In this document: piece after piece, positions 25,021 to 37,468 of the stretch
How positions within the stretch are numbered: position 1 is the first letter of the stretch
Layout: every line of letters begins with the position of its first letter
From: Vicugna vicugna
Taxonomy: Eukaryota
Reading direction: 5' to 3'
DNA length: 64,000 nucleotides
Assembly: GCA_013265495.1 (NCBI GenBank)
Contig: MU057930.1
Span: 1,380,057 to 1,444,056 of the forward strand
Notes under the pieces: generated by a model
What the model saw: the letters and a program-made list of their open reading frames with translations, nothing else
The model's database searches: none
Told to the model about the DNA's origin: nothing
Translations under genes and position numbers: made by a program

Positions 25021-25984
25021 GAACTAGAGGGGATTAATAAAGCCATAAACTGGTGCTTTAAAAAGAAAAAACAAAAAACCCCAAAAAACAACAAATTAAA
25101 AACAACAACAACATCAAAATAATAATAATAATGGAAGGAATCTTTTGGAAGGGATGGAAATGTTCATGGCAGTAAATTGTGGACGTAGTTTATATGGGTA
25201 TGTATTTTTCTTCCAACTCATTAATGTGTAGTGTTTTTTTTTTTGCATGTTGATAGTTATATCTCAGTAAAGTGGTTTTTAAAAACAATACGAAAGAAAG
25301 TCCAACATGTTGAACAGACAGGTTTTAAACAGGCAAAAACCTCTCAGTGAATTCTAACATTTCACCTTAATTCCTTAATTATTTAAGTTTTGTTGTATGG
25401 ACCTAAAAAAAAAGATATTGGTAAAAATGTATCATAAATAAAGAAAAAAACCTTCTCTAAAATATGAGAAAGTAACATTTTTCGCACTGTGTAGATCCTG
25501 TAATATCTCTACAGACACACACGATACTTATATATGAATGCATTCACATTCATTTGTTTATTTGTATTTCTATTTAGATACATTCCGCCAAGAAAACATT
25601 ACCCAGATTCAACTGTAACATTAAAATATGTCTACATGCAGTTTAAAAGTCAATCTAATTTGAAAGACAGGGGTTATTTCTTTCCGGTAAGGTCATGAGC
25701 TCATCTTTTGAGTGGCTGTTTGGGGCTATAATGTTAAAGATCTATTTTTTTAAAAAAATGCTCAATCTATGTTTGGAAACAACAAAAAATTTGAAAATCA
25801 TTGTAAAACAAAGTTACATATCATAATTGAGAAACGTTGATGTCTTATTTGAAAGTCAATGTTGGGTATTTATAAAGAACAGAAGAATCTGGAGGCTAAT
25901 TTTATTTACATGTATTTCTAGTATGTTTTATTTATTTTATTTTTTAATTCAAGTATAGTCAGTTATAATGAATATGTTTTATTT

Positions 25985-26146
25985 AATTTTTTTTGCGAGG
26001 TGGTAAATTTGGTTTTACTTACTTATTTATTTAATTAATTAACTTATTTATTTATTTATTTATTTATTGAATGGCGGTACCAGGGGTTGAAGCCAGGACC
26101 TTGTGCATGCTAAGCACGCACTCTACCACTGAGCTACACCCTCCCA
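25985..26146 (-). mobile_element. tRNA-derived SINE (Vic-1-like)
   Basis: ccaggaccttgtgcatgctaagcacgcactctaccactgagctacaccctccc is the reverse complement of the SINE head; (TTTA)n body. Confidence 0.85.
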
Positions 26147-27052
26147 GCTAACATGTTTTACACGTTTCCATGTGCTTCCTTTTAATTTCCGTAATAATGC
26201 ACGCTCATATTGTATTGTCGTTAAGGCAATTCCTTTATATTGATAAGCAAATTAAGCTGATTTAAAATTAAAATACAACAGAGAGGCTTTTCAGTTGATT
26301 TCAGTGACTAAAATTAGCTGAACTGAAGGTTTGTGAAATTATTCTATCTGGAACATTTCCGACTGGGAATCCATACAGACATAATTTTCCTAAGACCAGG
26401 GACAGAGTGGTTCCAAGCAGATTCAGAATCTGAGTTATTCTCATAAAGGCTATCTATGTATGGCATTCTTTTTTTTTTCTTTTCCGTCTTTCGGGGAAGT
26501 TGCTCACTGGGTTATCAGAGCTGAGGGGAACCAGCACATTCTAGTGTTTTGTTTTTTCCCCTAGCAACTGAGCGACGCCTGGATCTCAGCAGAACCTTTA
26601 TAAAGAGTTCTCTCCAAATGCTTTCATATATGTCGTATTGCAATAGAAAAACTGAATTAAACTCAGTCAAGAGTCAGATTTTGGGGAAAAATTCTTTAAA
26701 AATAGAAGAAGACAATAACAGAGTTTTGTGGCTTCATGAAAAGCGTAATTTTAGCAGTTATTTTGATTATATTGAGGAATTAAAAAAATCAATACATATT
26801 TTAAAATCAAAGACCTCTTTCTCTACAGTTGGCCATCGCACACTTGGCTTTCTTGATCCCCTGATTCAGAGATCACAGATTTTTATTACATTAGGAGACA
26901 CTCACAGAGAGGAAGTCACTTGAGTGGTGTGGAGATCAGTATTTAGGTTAACTGTTCTTTAGCCACAAATCCACCCTTTCACCTGTACTGTAACCCTTGG
27001 ATCCTTATTACAAGTATAAAAAGATAAATAATTCCTTTCTTGGAGACATTCA

Positions 27053-27385
27053 TGTCTGTCTGTCTGTCTGTCTATCGATCTATCTATCTATCTATCAACC
27101 TACCTACCTACCTATTTATCCACCCATCCATCCTTCCATCCATCCATTTATTTATCCATCCATCCACCCATTCTATCTATCCATACATCTATCCATCCAT
27201 CCATCCATCTTATCTATCTGTCTGTCTGTGTATCTATCTACCTACCTAACTACCTATTTGTCCATTCATCCATCCATCCAACCATCCATCCATCCATTTA
27301 TCCATCCATCCACCCATTCTATCTATTATCTATATATCCATTATCTATTTATCTATCTTATCTATTATCTATCAATCATCTATCA
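27053..27385. repeat. Complex (TCTG)/(TCTA)/(TCCA)n microsatellite
   Basis: Directly visible. Confidence 0.95.
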
Positions 27386-29187
27386 GCATTAACTGACATG
27401 CTTCTCACTTGATTTAAATTAATAAACATTTTTGGACAAAAGCATACATGTTGCAAGTCATCTACCAACACCAGGAAGTGGCATTAAAAGCTGGCCATTG
27501 TCACTGTGAAACCATCTGAATGGTGCTGTCATGGTTCTGGAGCTGGGACCAGCTTTCCGACATCCCTGTGCACGGTCCCTGCTCCTGTTTCCACCTCCAC
27601 GCCCAGGATGATGGTGGGGTTGTTACTCCTCACGTGTTCTTGCGCAGGCTTCCCCGAATTGGCTAGATGGACACCCCTCCCTCCCCTCAGTAACTCTCCC
27701 CTTCCTTGACCCTCCACTTTTTCCTACTCCCCAAGCCCCCAGATAGCTACATTTCCTCTTTATGTGTTGTCTTTTGAACAGAAAAACGTGTGCATCCATT
27801 GAATCTAAATTATACTTTGTGTGCATCATACTATGTGTGGTCATTGTTCCCTGACTAGTACATCATTTTCATTAAAATTAAAGCTTAAACTTGCTCTAGT
27901 CTTCTCCTTTGTCTGTCCTTCTCTCTAATACTTTTCTTTGCTTCATTTTTTTAACCAAACACTCGAAAATCCAATGGCCATGTTAGAACTATGACACAGA
28001 ACTCCTCAAACAATGAAGACGGGCATTTCTTTCTTTCTCAGGCTTCAGTTTCCTTTAGACAGCACGTCTATGCTTTAGAAATCAAACTGTAGCAATGGTT
28101 AGTCATAAGGATATATTAGGAAGGGAAAAAAAAACTTTATTTCCTATCATCTTAATGAAACACACCCCCATATACTAGCTGGCCCCTCTAAGAACTTTGA
28201 ATCTGTGACCATTGGCTGCATCCCTGGGGCATGAGTTCTCTCTGTATCTCTGTGTAAATTCATGTAACTTTGACACATGATAAATTAATTCCAATCTGGA
28301 TTAACCCTCTTCAAACTAACAGGTCTGTCTGGGAGCTACAAGGTTACCATTTAAAGCCCAGGAATTAAAGTCATTTACAGTTAACACCCTCTTAAGATTT
28401 TTGGATGGTTCACAATTTTGCTGCTCCGTTCCTAATATAGATCAACACCCGGCTATTATGTAAAACCTCTAAGGACAGAACAGTGGCTGAGAAAACAGTC
28501 ATGAATTATGTGCATACTCAGATGAATAATCCTAGCAGAGCGCTGATGAATGGGCCCCTTGCCAGTTTCGATTTCCAATGCTCCTTTTCTTTCCCAAAAG
28601 GAGAATAAAACATGTCACCGAACTTCACTAATTGGCATCATTGCTCCCGGCACTCTGATTCATGTCTGACTTTAAACAGCGGACGGAGTGAATACGGAGT
28701 GAAGGGAGGGAGCTGGCCTTGGTATTAAATTGTCAAAGAATTGCCCACAAAAGCTTTCCAACCTCTTGCTGTTGTGAATGCAGTGTGTTTTCTTAAACTT
28801 TCTTTCACACAATTCATGGCACGCACTGCCTCAAATTTTGACTCAATTTCTCTGCAACAATGACAGTCAAAAAAAAAAAAGTTGGAAATAAAAACACATT
28901 CTTTTCTTTAACCTACTTGAAATGTATTGTCTTGGTGTGGGAAGGAGGGGATAATGATGAACCCCTCATACTGCAAAATGTATAGCGTTCGGTGATACTT
29001 TGCAGTGCAGCAAATACAACTGAGGTCCAATTGTTTAGGGGGAGGTGGTGGATGCCAGTCAGCTTTTGTTCAAAATACAGAGTTAATATCAGTGCAATCA
29101 AATAATGAAGGGTCTTTTCTTCATAAACCAGTGATTCATTTATTCAGCACCAGGGTGATTAGAGAGTTTTCTGATGGGAGAAACAAA

Positions 29188-29234
29188 GTGTGTGTGTGTG
29201 TGTGTGTGTGTCTGTCTGTCTGTCTGTGTGTGTG
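29188..29234. repeat. (TG)n/(TCTG)n microsatellite
   Basis: Directly visible. Confidence 0.95.
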
Positions 29235-32200
29235 TATTCATTCTGTTTTGTTTTACCTCCAGTGTAAGGAGGGATTATAGCCCGCATGGGTGATTAAATC
29301 TAAAAGGCTCAGAGATGTTTCAGGCAGGTCCCTGGTAAAGCCAAGACAGTCAATTTCAACTACAAGTGTTTGGACTGAAACAGTTAATCCTTCAGTATTT
29401 CTACAGAATGAACTTATGATCTATTGTCTATCCTAGAATATTTGCGACAGAGAAAGAGGGTCTGTTACCTCTTACCCTGAAATAGCAAGTTCAAAACAGA
29501 CTCTTCCCAGGTCCATGGGACGTATGGCTATTCAAGCTTTGGATCTAGATTCTCAATTGTTAGAAGGACATTTGAAAGACAGAAAGGGCAGCACTGGTCT
29601 AACTGCAAGAATGATGGATGGATGAATGAATGAAGGCAAAAATGAAGGGAGTGAAATCAACACAGTTATACATGTGTTAGGAGGTAACGTTCAACATGGT
29701 TTTGCAAAGATGAACAGCACAGATACAATGTGGATTCAGTGTGCAAATGTGCTTGTACCCACTCTGTGTTCCGTGTTCTTGTACTTTGTATCTTTCCGGA
29801 GCGCACATATTTCTCTGCTGAGACGTGTCAGCATCAACGTGCACTTCCTCAGCCCACACTTTTGAAATATGTACGTCAGGGGTTACAGATTTCCCTACTG
29901 ACAATTTTATGGCTCCTCTGTGTGACCAATGGAAGCACTGCTATCAGCCTATTTGCGATTTCTCTGAACGGAATCTGCTTTTCTTTCTCTGGCTGAAGTT
30001 GGGTTTAACTGGGCTCAAAAAACAATACCCACCTGTCTTAGCTCAGGGCATAGTGAGAGGACCCGGGGTTGGGGGAGGAGGGGGCTCCTACTTGCAAAGA
30101 ATGGCTCTTCTGCTGAAGACACAGGCTGCTTTAGGACAAGGGCGAGAAGACACTGAGGCTGAAATGGGATCCGGATTGACATCACAGCATCACACATCTC
30201 TTCGGTGAACACCATCCTATGTGTTAGAAGATACCAGGATTTCGCACTGGGATGTGGACCGTTAGCCTTTATGCCTTGAAAAAAAAAAAAAAAAAACCTT
30301 CGTTGCTTGAGATCCATAAGGAGCTGAACTGTGCCGGCAAATATAGTTCTCACCGAGAGCTCACATTCTGGGCACAGGGGTCACAATATAGTGTTCACGT
30401 TTATGAGCATTTCAGAGCTGATCTGTTGGGGTGGATTTGCAGATGTCTGGAAAAAAAAATTATTTTCCAGGATGGTCTTTGCATGAAGATGAGTGAATTT
30501 TTCAGAGGCGCTGGATTCTAGGTTCTTCCCTGAGCAAAGGGGACTGTTTCTAACCATTCATCAAACCACTTGCATAAACTATTTAATTTTATTGAATGTG
30601 GAAATAGACTTATGGTAACACGGGGCTTTTCATCATTCCCGTACAACCTGGGTCTCAAGGTACCAGGCAGAGTGGTACCCTTTGTGTTAAGACACCTGGG
30701 AAAGCTGACTTTTTGGAACCACGTAGATACCTGGACACGGGAAACACAAATTTCACAATAACTGGGGAAGGACGAAAGCAGTAAATGTCATTAATGCAAG
30801 GCTTGGGGAGAACACGTCAAAAAGAGAAGAGCATTCCTGTGAGTTTTCTTTCTGATCAGTGAAGGGGTTAAGGATACCACAGGGCTGACGAAGGGAGTTC
30901 CTTCTGATCCCTCTTCACTGATCAAATTCTAAGAACGGAGGAGAAGCTTGAGCTCTTTGGGGTCCCCTTGAGGAAGCCGACACTGTCACACTGGAGCCAC
31001 GGTTTAGAAGAGTTTAGAAAAGTCTGGCTGGACAATGTGGGTTTAGCAAGAAAAGTGAGGCTGGGTCATTGAGGGTAAAATTCCTGCCAAAGTGATAGCA
31101 GAGTGGCTTTGGTCTTTCAGAGACTCAGATTCCAGAACTTCTAACAGACACAGTGGAGAGTAAACCTAAAAATCGAAAAAAGTTTCCTCTCCTTGCAAAG
31201 TCATCATGAAACCGTACAAAAGATACTCTCTCTCATCCATGGTTGAAAATGGTATCATTTGAAATTCTGCTTTTAGCAGAGATGCCTTCTGGATGCTGCC
31301 TTTACAAATCTAAATAGGTCCTGACTTCAGTCTGAAAAGAATTATAAGCAGGCAGACCCAGGTCCTAAAATAAGCCAGAATGCTGCCTGAACGAAATAAT
31401 GTAAAGGTGCAAAATGAAAACGTTATTATTATTATTTTTTGCTTCCTTGACTATTATATCTAAAATTTTTTTATACCAAATGAGCTCAGAAAATTATAGA
31501 ATGGATTCACATCTGGTATCTCCAGCAACGTATAAGAAGGCAGATCATTGCATGAAACTGATGTTTTACAGAACTGACTTTGCTTAAAAAAATGCACATT
31601 TACTAATATATCACAGGTAAAACTTACCATTTGACTAATATGGGTGGTGTGACTAGTTATTAACCTTGAGTAGACAACTGAATGAAAGTAGTGGAAATAT
31701 ACTGACACAGGCGTCTTCATAAATGTCCATGTGCTGCGTGTTTACAGCTCAGCAAGCGGAGTATCCTATCCATGCAAAAGTTGGGAAAAAAAGAAAAAAG
31801 TAAGACACAAGATGATGCTGTATAATTTGGGGGAATGTGGGTGTATGGGATAAAATCTTCTTCTTGCCCCCTTAGTAAAAATTTCACTGATTCTTTGTAC
31901 TCCAAAAGAAGCACATGGAAGACTCATTTTTAACACTTCATCATTCTTCATTTCATCTACACTCAATCTTCACAGTGAAGCAGAGGAAATGACGTCCGCT
32001 GGTAAACTGATTTCTTCTCCCTTCCATTTTTGAGGCTGGTATTTATCTGTGTTCTGTCACTGAGTAAAGGATCGATTGTCACGGCGTGGAAACAGGAGAC
32101 CAGGACATGACTTTCGCTCCATCGAGCGGATGGAAGAATAATATATTACTAATTATACAGACAGCGTATACTTTTAGCATGAAATGGAACCAGAAATTAC

Positions 32201-32912
32201 AGCTTTACCATCCAATTTAATGAAAACCCAAAGGGGAAAAAAAAAAACACAAAACCAGATGTTGAAAACGATGGCTTTTAAATTTCAATCATTACCCAGT
32301 TGCCCCTGCAAACCATCATTAGCAATGGCCTTTGCTATGTGAGTAGAAAAGCTTCTTTCATGAAATGTCAAGCTGAGCTCTCTGGTGACATGAATCCTGT
32401 AAGTCAGACACGACCATCAAGCTCGAGCAACCTTCTTTTCCTCCTGGTTCACACAAATCTGTTTGGCACCACTGGCTTGCCTTGCGTGCTGAATTTGACA
32501 TTATTGATATATATGTTCCCAAAGTACACTCTCACCGCACGCTCACGTAGGTAAGGCTGAATTAAATGCGGCGAGGCCCCCAGCAACTAGTTACCACATG
32601 CTTTTAAGAAATGGTTATTTTCTTCTGTGTGATTTGGCCAAATTACCTTCTGATCACTCTTAGTTTGAAAACATCTTTACTAATAGATTTAATATAATAT
32701 GGTAAGGCATTAAGTAAAGTATGTAAATGAGGCAATAGAGGGTCCTTAGATCATTTCATAATGAGCAAACAGTAGCTATGTCAAGAAAGCTGGAAGAATC
32801 AGGACTTGCCTTGTTCTGAATGACTCCCAAGAACCAGCTTGCACGTGTTACACGAGAAAAGTGGAAATACGCTTGTGCGTGAAAGGTTTCACTGAGACAT
32901 AAGCACAAAAAG

Positions 32913-33324
32913 CAACGGTTTCAACCCCGGGGTGATGTTTGTGCATTTGGCATGTCTGGAGACATCTGGCTAAGTCTGGAGACATTTTTTTTCTTTTTTT
33001 TAAATTAAAGTAGAGTTGATTTACAATGTTGTGTGAGTTTCAGGTGGACAGCATAGTGATTCAGTTATACATATACATGTGTGTATCTATATTGGTTTTT
33101 AAGTTTCTTCTCCATTAGAGTTTATTGCAAGGTATTGAATACAGTTCCCTGTGCCGTATAGTAAATCCTCGGCGTTTATCTGGGAGACATGTTTTGGTCA
33201 TCATGAAAACGTTTGGCATTGACACCCAGCAGGGAAGAGACAGAGAATGCCGGTGAACGTGCCCAGTAAGGCACGCAACGATTATCCAGCCTCAAACGTC
33301 AAAAGAACTGAGGTTGAAAACCAG
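32913..33324 (+). mobile_element. MER20-like hAT DNA transposon remnant split by an L1 insertion
   Basis: ggtttcaacc...catttggcatgtctggagacat | ttttggtc...attatccagcctcaaacgtcaa...gaggttgaaaacc; ends are inverted-complementary. Confidence 0.75.
32984..33181 (-). mobile_element. L1 3' UTR fragment (antisense)
   Basis: PolyT then gttgatttacaatgttgtg...tattgaatacagttccctgtgc; ggagacat on both sides. Confidence 0.85.
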
Positions 33325-33534
33325 CTTTCGCAGGAGAGACGCTGTCTGTCTGCCAGTCTGTCTGTCTACCCTAGTGGGTCTCAACTGGTGGTTTAGAAAC
33401 CCCAGTGGGTCTCAGCTGGTGGTTTAGGAGAGAGGCTGACACCCGTGGCAAAGGCGGCGTAGAGAAAGTGTAGTTTTAGGTACACAGTATCCACGTGCAA
33501 TTCCTGTGGTCACAATGACGTGTTCTCCAAAGTT

Positions 33535-33935
33535 GTTACATTCCTTTCCGAGGACCGCCGTGACAAAGGGCCACGAGGTAGGGCACTGAAACAACAGACA
33601 TTGATCCTCTTACAACCGGAGGCCAGAAGTCCAAGATCAAGGGAAGGTGCAGCTCAGGGGTAGAGCACGTGCTTAGCATGCACGGGGTCCTGCGTTCAAT
33701 CCCCACTACCTCCTCTAAAAATAAACAAATGAATAAACCTAATTACTTCTCCCCCCACCCCCCAAAAAACTGGAAAAAAAAAGATGGTTGGACAAAAAAA
33801 AATAAGAACTATGAGTGTCTCTGTGTCCACATGTCCCCTTGTTATAAGGACACCAGTCATGTTGAATCAGGGGCCCAGCCTACCCCAGTGGGACCTCATC
33901 TGAACTAATTACATCTGCAGTGATTTAGTTTCAAA
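33535..33935 (-). mobile_element. MLT1 (MaLR) LTR remnant interrupted by a SINE
   Basis: aaacaacagacatt...ggaggccagaagtccaagatcaag and ttataaggacaccagtcat...gacctcatctgaactaattacatctgca. Confidence 0.75.
33641..33790 (+). mobile_element. tRNA-derived SINE (Vic-1-like)
   Basis: gggaaggtgcagctcaggggtagagcacgtgcttagcatgcac...gttcaatcccc. Confidence 0.85.
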
Positions 33936-35104
33936 CAGGTTCCCGTGACTGTGTGCGCAATTCCATCAAGCATAGGCTGAGAATTCATCAATGAACTGTC
34001 CTGACCTCATACATCAAAAAAAAAAAAAATCACTGGCCTTAGAGTAATCGTGTTATTTCTAGAAGGAGCACAGGTGGCAGTGACATTATCAAATGTACAT
34101 CCATTGAAAATGCAAGACTAGGAGACAGAGAAGAAAACCCCTGAGTAGACAGAATATTTCCAGCCTTTCTATTCTTACCTGTAATTGTAATACAATCAAC
34201 TGATAAGATACAGTATCTTCATACTAAGTTACGTTTTATTCCCAGAAAAATACAGCCTTCCTAATTCTTTTAACTTGCTTCAGAAAAAAGTCCCCCGGCG
34301 ATCCCAAGAAACGGAATTCAATTTCAAAAGTAGATGAACGAAGGCAAAAGGAATAATTTGGTACCTGTACAGAAAGCAAAAATGCAAATGCCTCAGTCTC
34401 CTCCCCGTGGGCTTGGAAACACGATTTTGCATTGACCTGAGAAACCGTAATTTGTAACTGAAAATTTGTAATTTTCTCCAGGAGACTCAAAAGGAAGTTA
34501 AAAGTACATTTGTGTGTACTGTGTGCTACGGAAAGGCCAAGAGTTCAATGGTACCAATAAAAAATCAGCGGTTGTTGAATTTGGTGCAGAATAAAACACA
34601 CCCACATGCTACAGGGTAAGTCCCAAGGGACTGATGGAACTTGGAGATTACGGAGGAAGGAAAATGTTTAGAGATGCACTTTGACAGAATAAATTTCAAT
34701 TTGCAAACTCATAAACTGATATAGAGAAGTGGAGTTCAAATGCATATTTAACAGCAGCTCGTTTCTGGAAATTTATGTCCGTTTTCTCTTGGAACAGATT
34801 TCTCCAACTGGTGTTCGTATTGCTAGGAAAAGGGAACTTCTATCCCAGGAAATGGTAATAAAAGATACAGGTAAGACGACATATTCGATATAATCTGAAG
34901 AAAATCACACATGTTCTCTTTTGGTGAAGCAGAACATATTGTTTCAGAGCAGAGAACCTGGTCAAGCTACTCCTGGTATATATTCAGAGTCAAGAAAGAT
35001 CTTGGAATGGATAAAAATGCTTTTGTAACCCTGAGGGAAAATAAATATTTTCTACATTGCTATTCACTCGAATTGAATTTTTATAGGTAGGCTATTTTTT
35101 TTAA

Positions 35105-35530
35105 TTAAGTCAATTTTTTTATCTTGAAATAATTGCAGATTCAAATGTGAAAAATAATAGATATCTGTGTAGTCTTTGTTCAATTTCCCCCTAATGGTAA
35201 CATCTCAGAAAACTCAACGGTGACTTCCCAACCTGGATAATGACGTTAGCCGTCAGGATACAGAGCACTTCCATCACGTTGATAACCAACCCACCTCCCT
35301 CCCACCTTCCACTAAAGTCTTAACCCTAGGCCAGCACTGATCTGTTCTCCAAGTCTATAATTCTGCCATTTCTATGGAATCACAGAAAATATAACTTTTG
35401 GGGACTGGCTTTTTTTCACTCAGCAGAATTCCCCAGAGATTTATCCAAGTAGTTACATGTGTCAACTGTTTGTTCCTTTTTCATTACTCAGTAGTATTCC
35501 ACCAGACAGCCGTACCACACTTTGCTTCAC
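35105..35530 (-). mobile_element. Old L1 (L1MB/MC-like) 3' end, antisense
   Basis: ttgaaataattgcagattca...ctaatggtaacatct...gactggctttttttcactcagcagaattccc...gtagtattcc. Confidence 0.75.
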
Positions 35531-36180
35531 CACTAAAATAACTTTTAAAACATGCGTAAAGATTTTAAATGGAGCACAGAATTTAAAATACCAATATCAT
35601 TTTATTTATTTTTACTAAAATAGTGGCCCATGAGTTCTTCTTTGTGTACATGAGCATACTAGGTGTATGAAAGTATGTACAATATAGAATTTTGCATATA
35701 TAATAGAATAATTTGAAAAAGTCATCTCTTTTATGCTATAAGCTTTAGAAAACTTCCTTCAATATTTTTAGATCACATTAAGCCTATAAAGTAACATTTA
35801 CGAAGAATCACACATTGGAAATTTAAAATGATTTTTTGTGTGTTCAATTTTAATATAAATCCTATTATGAAGCCCTTGCTTAAATTATTCCTCTTTAAGC
35901 GTACCTGAGCTTTTGCTTCATCATTTCGTTTTCCTTATAACTATCCGGGAATTTTTTTGCCATTAAAAGAAATGAACATTTTATATATATGTCAAGAATA
36001 AGGAATAAAAAGTCTTAAGGGATAATAGCAAATAGTTATTAATGTCTCAACGTATCACAAGATTACAAAAATAACTTTATGAATATTATGTGAAACACTT
36101 CTCATCACCACTTTGAGGTGGGTAATTTTAATGAGCATGTCCCATCGCAGAGGATGAAAGGTGGCAGAAAGACACTGAGA

Positions 36181-36250
36181 GGGAGGGTGTAGCTCAGGGG
36201 GAGAGTGCGTGCTTCGCAAGCACGAGGTCCTGGGTTCAATCCCCAGGACC
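36181..36250 (+). mobile_element. SINE tRNA-like head only, followed by (CA)n
   Basis: gggagggtgtagctcag...ggttcaatccccag. Confidence 0.8.
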
Positions 36251-36882
36251 TGCGCACACACACACACACAGATACACAGACATTGAGTAAATTGCTAAAA
36301 TTCACAGGAAGCGGTATTCTCGGGTGGGGTGTGGGGTGTGTTTTTAGGCTGGACATCTGCAGTTCGGCACCCTGCCACCAAAGCAATTACATTAAAATTT
36401 AGAGGGAAATGGGTTTGTTGGTAGGACTGACCCAAAGTGTTCCCGGACCACCAGAGAGCCCACATTTCCGCATACTTAGCTATATCCTTGTGCGAGGCCA
36501 GGTGCAGACCTCCGATGCCTTTAACAGCCTCGCCTGCGGGCTTGTGTGTCATGCAAATCAGAAAGTGCATTGTAGCAGGATCTGCAGGTCACGTCTCTGT
36601 GCATTAGACGCTGAGAAGAAACACTATTCCACACTGTAATTCTTAAGTATCCATCTGATTAGCTGGCTCAGCCTTCCTTCCAGAGGAAGAGCTGGTCTCT
36701 CCCTGGAGTAAAGGAACGGAATTGCCAGAAGGACTGCCTCTCTCCAATCCGAGAGACGTACATCCGAGGGACGCGCTTTGATTTGGCTCGGGTCCTGTCA
36801 CGGTCTTTAGGTAGGAACAAGGAAATTATCGATGTGTGCTGAGTGGGGACTGAGTTAAGCAACCAATCTTAGCAATGGAAAG

Positions 36883-37272
36883 GTGTCAAAGGTTGAATTG
36901 TGTTCCCCACCCAATTCATATGTTGACATCCTGGCCCCCAGGACCTCAGAATGGGGCTGTGTTCGGGGATGGGGCCTTTAAAGAGGTAATTAAGGTAAAA
37001 TGAGGTCACTAGGGTGGGTCCTGATCCCCGAGGACTGGGGTCCTTATAAGAAGAGGAGATGAGGCCCCAGCCACACACAGAGGGACGGCCACGTGAGGAC
37101 CCAGGGCGGAGCCAGCCGTCCACACACCAAGGGGAGAGGGCTCAGGAGACACCAGCCCTGCTCACACCCTGATCTCAGATTCCAGCCTCCAGGATGGTGA
37201 GAGAATTTGTTGTTCAAGCCCCACCTCCGCCAAGTCTATGTTACTTCATTGTGGCAGCCCTAGCTGACTCAT
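36883..37272 (+). mobile_element. MLT1 (MLT1C-like) MaLR LTR, near full length
   Basis: ggttgaattgtgttcccc...ttcatatgttga...aaaatgaggtca...gtccttataagaagagga...ttccagcctccag...gtggcagccctag. Confidence 0.85.
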
Positions 37273-37434
37273 ATGGGTAAAAATAAATCAGAATAAGCTA
37301 AGAAAATCTATTTTCTATCACATTTGTATCACATTTCTATTTCTGATAGCAGTGACAACAAAGTATCAGGTGCCTTTAGAGTTGCCAAGATGCTAAAAAT
37401 ATATTTACACCTGAGAAATTATGTATCATTACAG

Positions 37435-37435
<1 letters not shown>

Positions 37436-37464
<29 letters not shown>
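37436..37464. repeat. (CA)n microsatellite
   Basis: Directly visible. Confidence 0.95.

Positions 37465-37468
<4 letters not shown>

Noticed and set aside
26997..27392. 131-aa ORF rich in SIHP
   Set aside because: Microsatellite translation.
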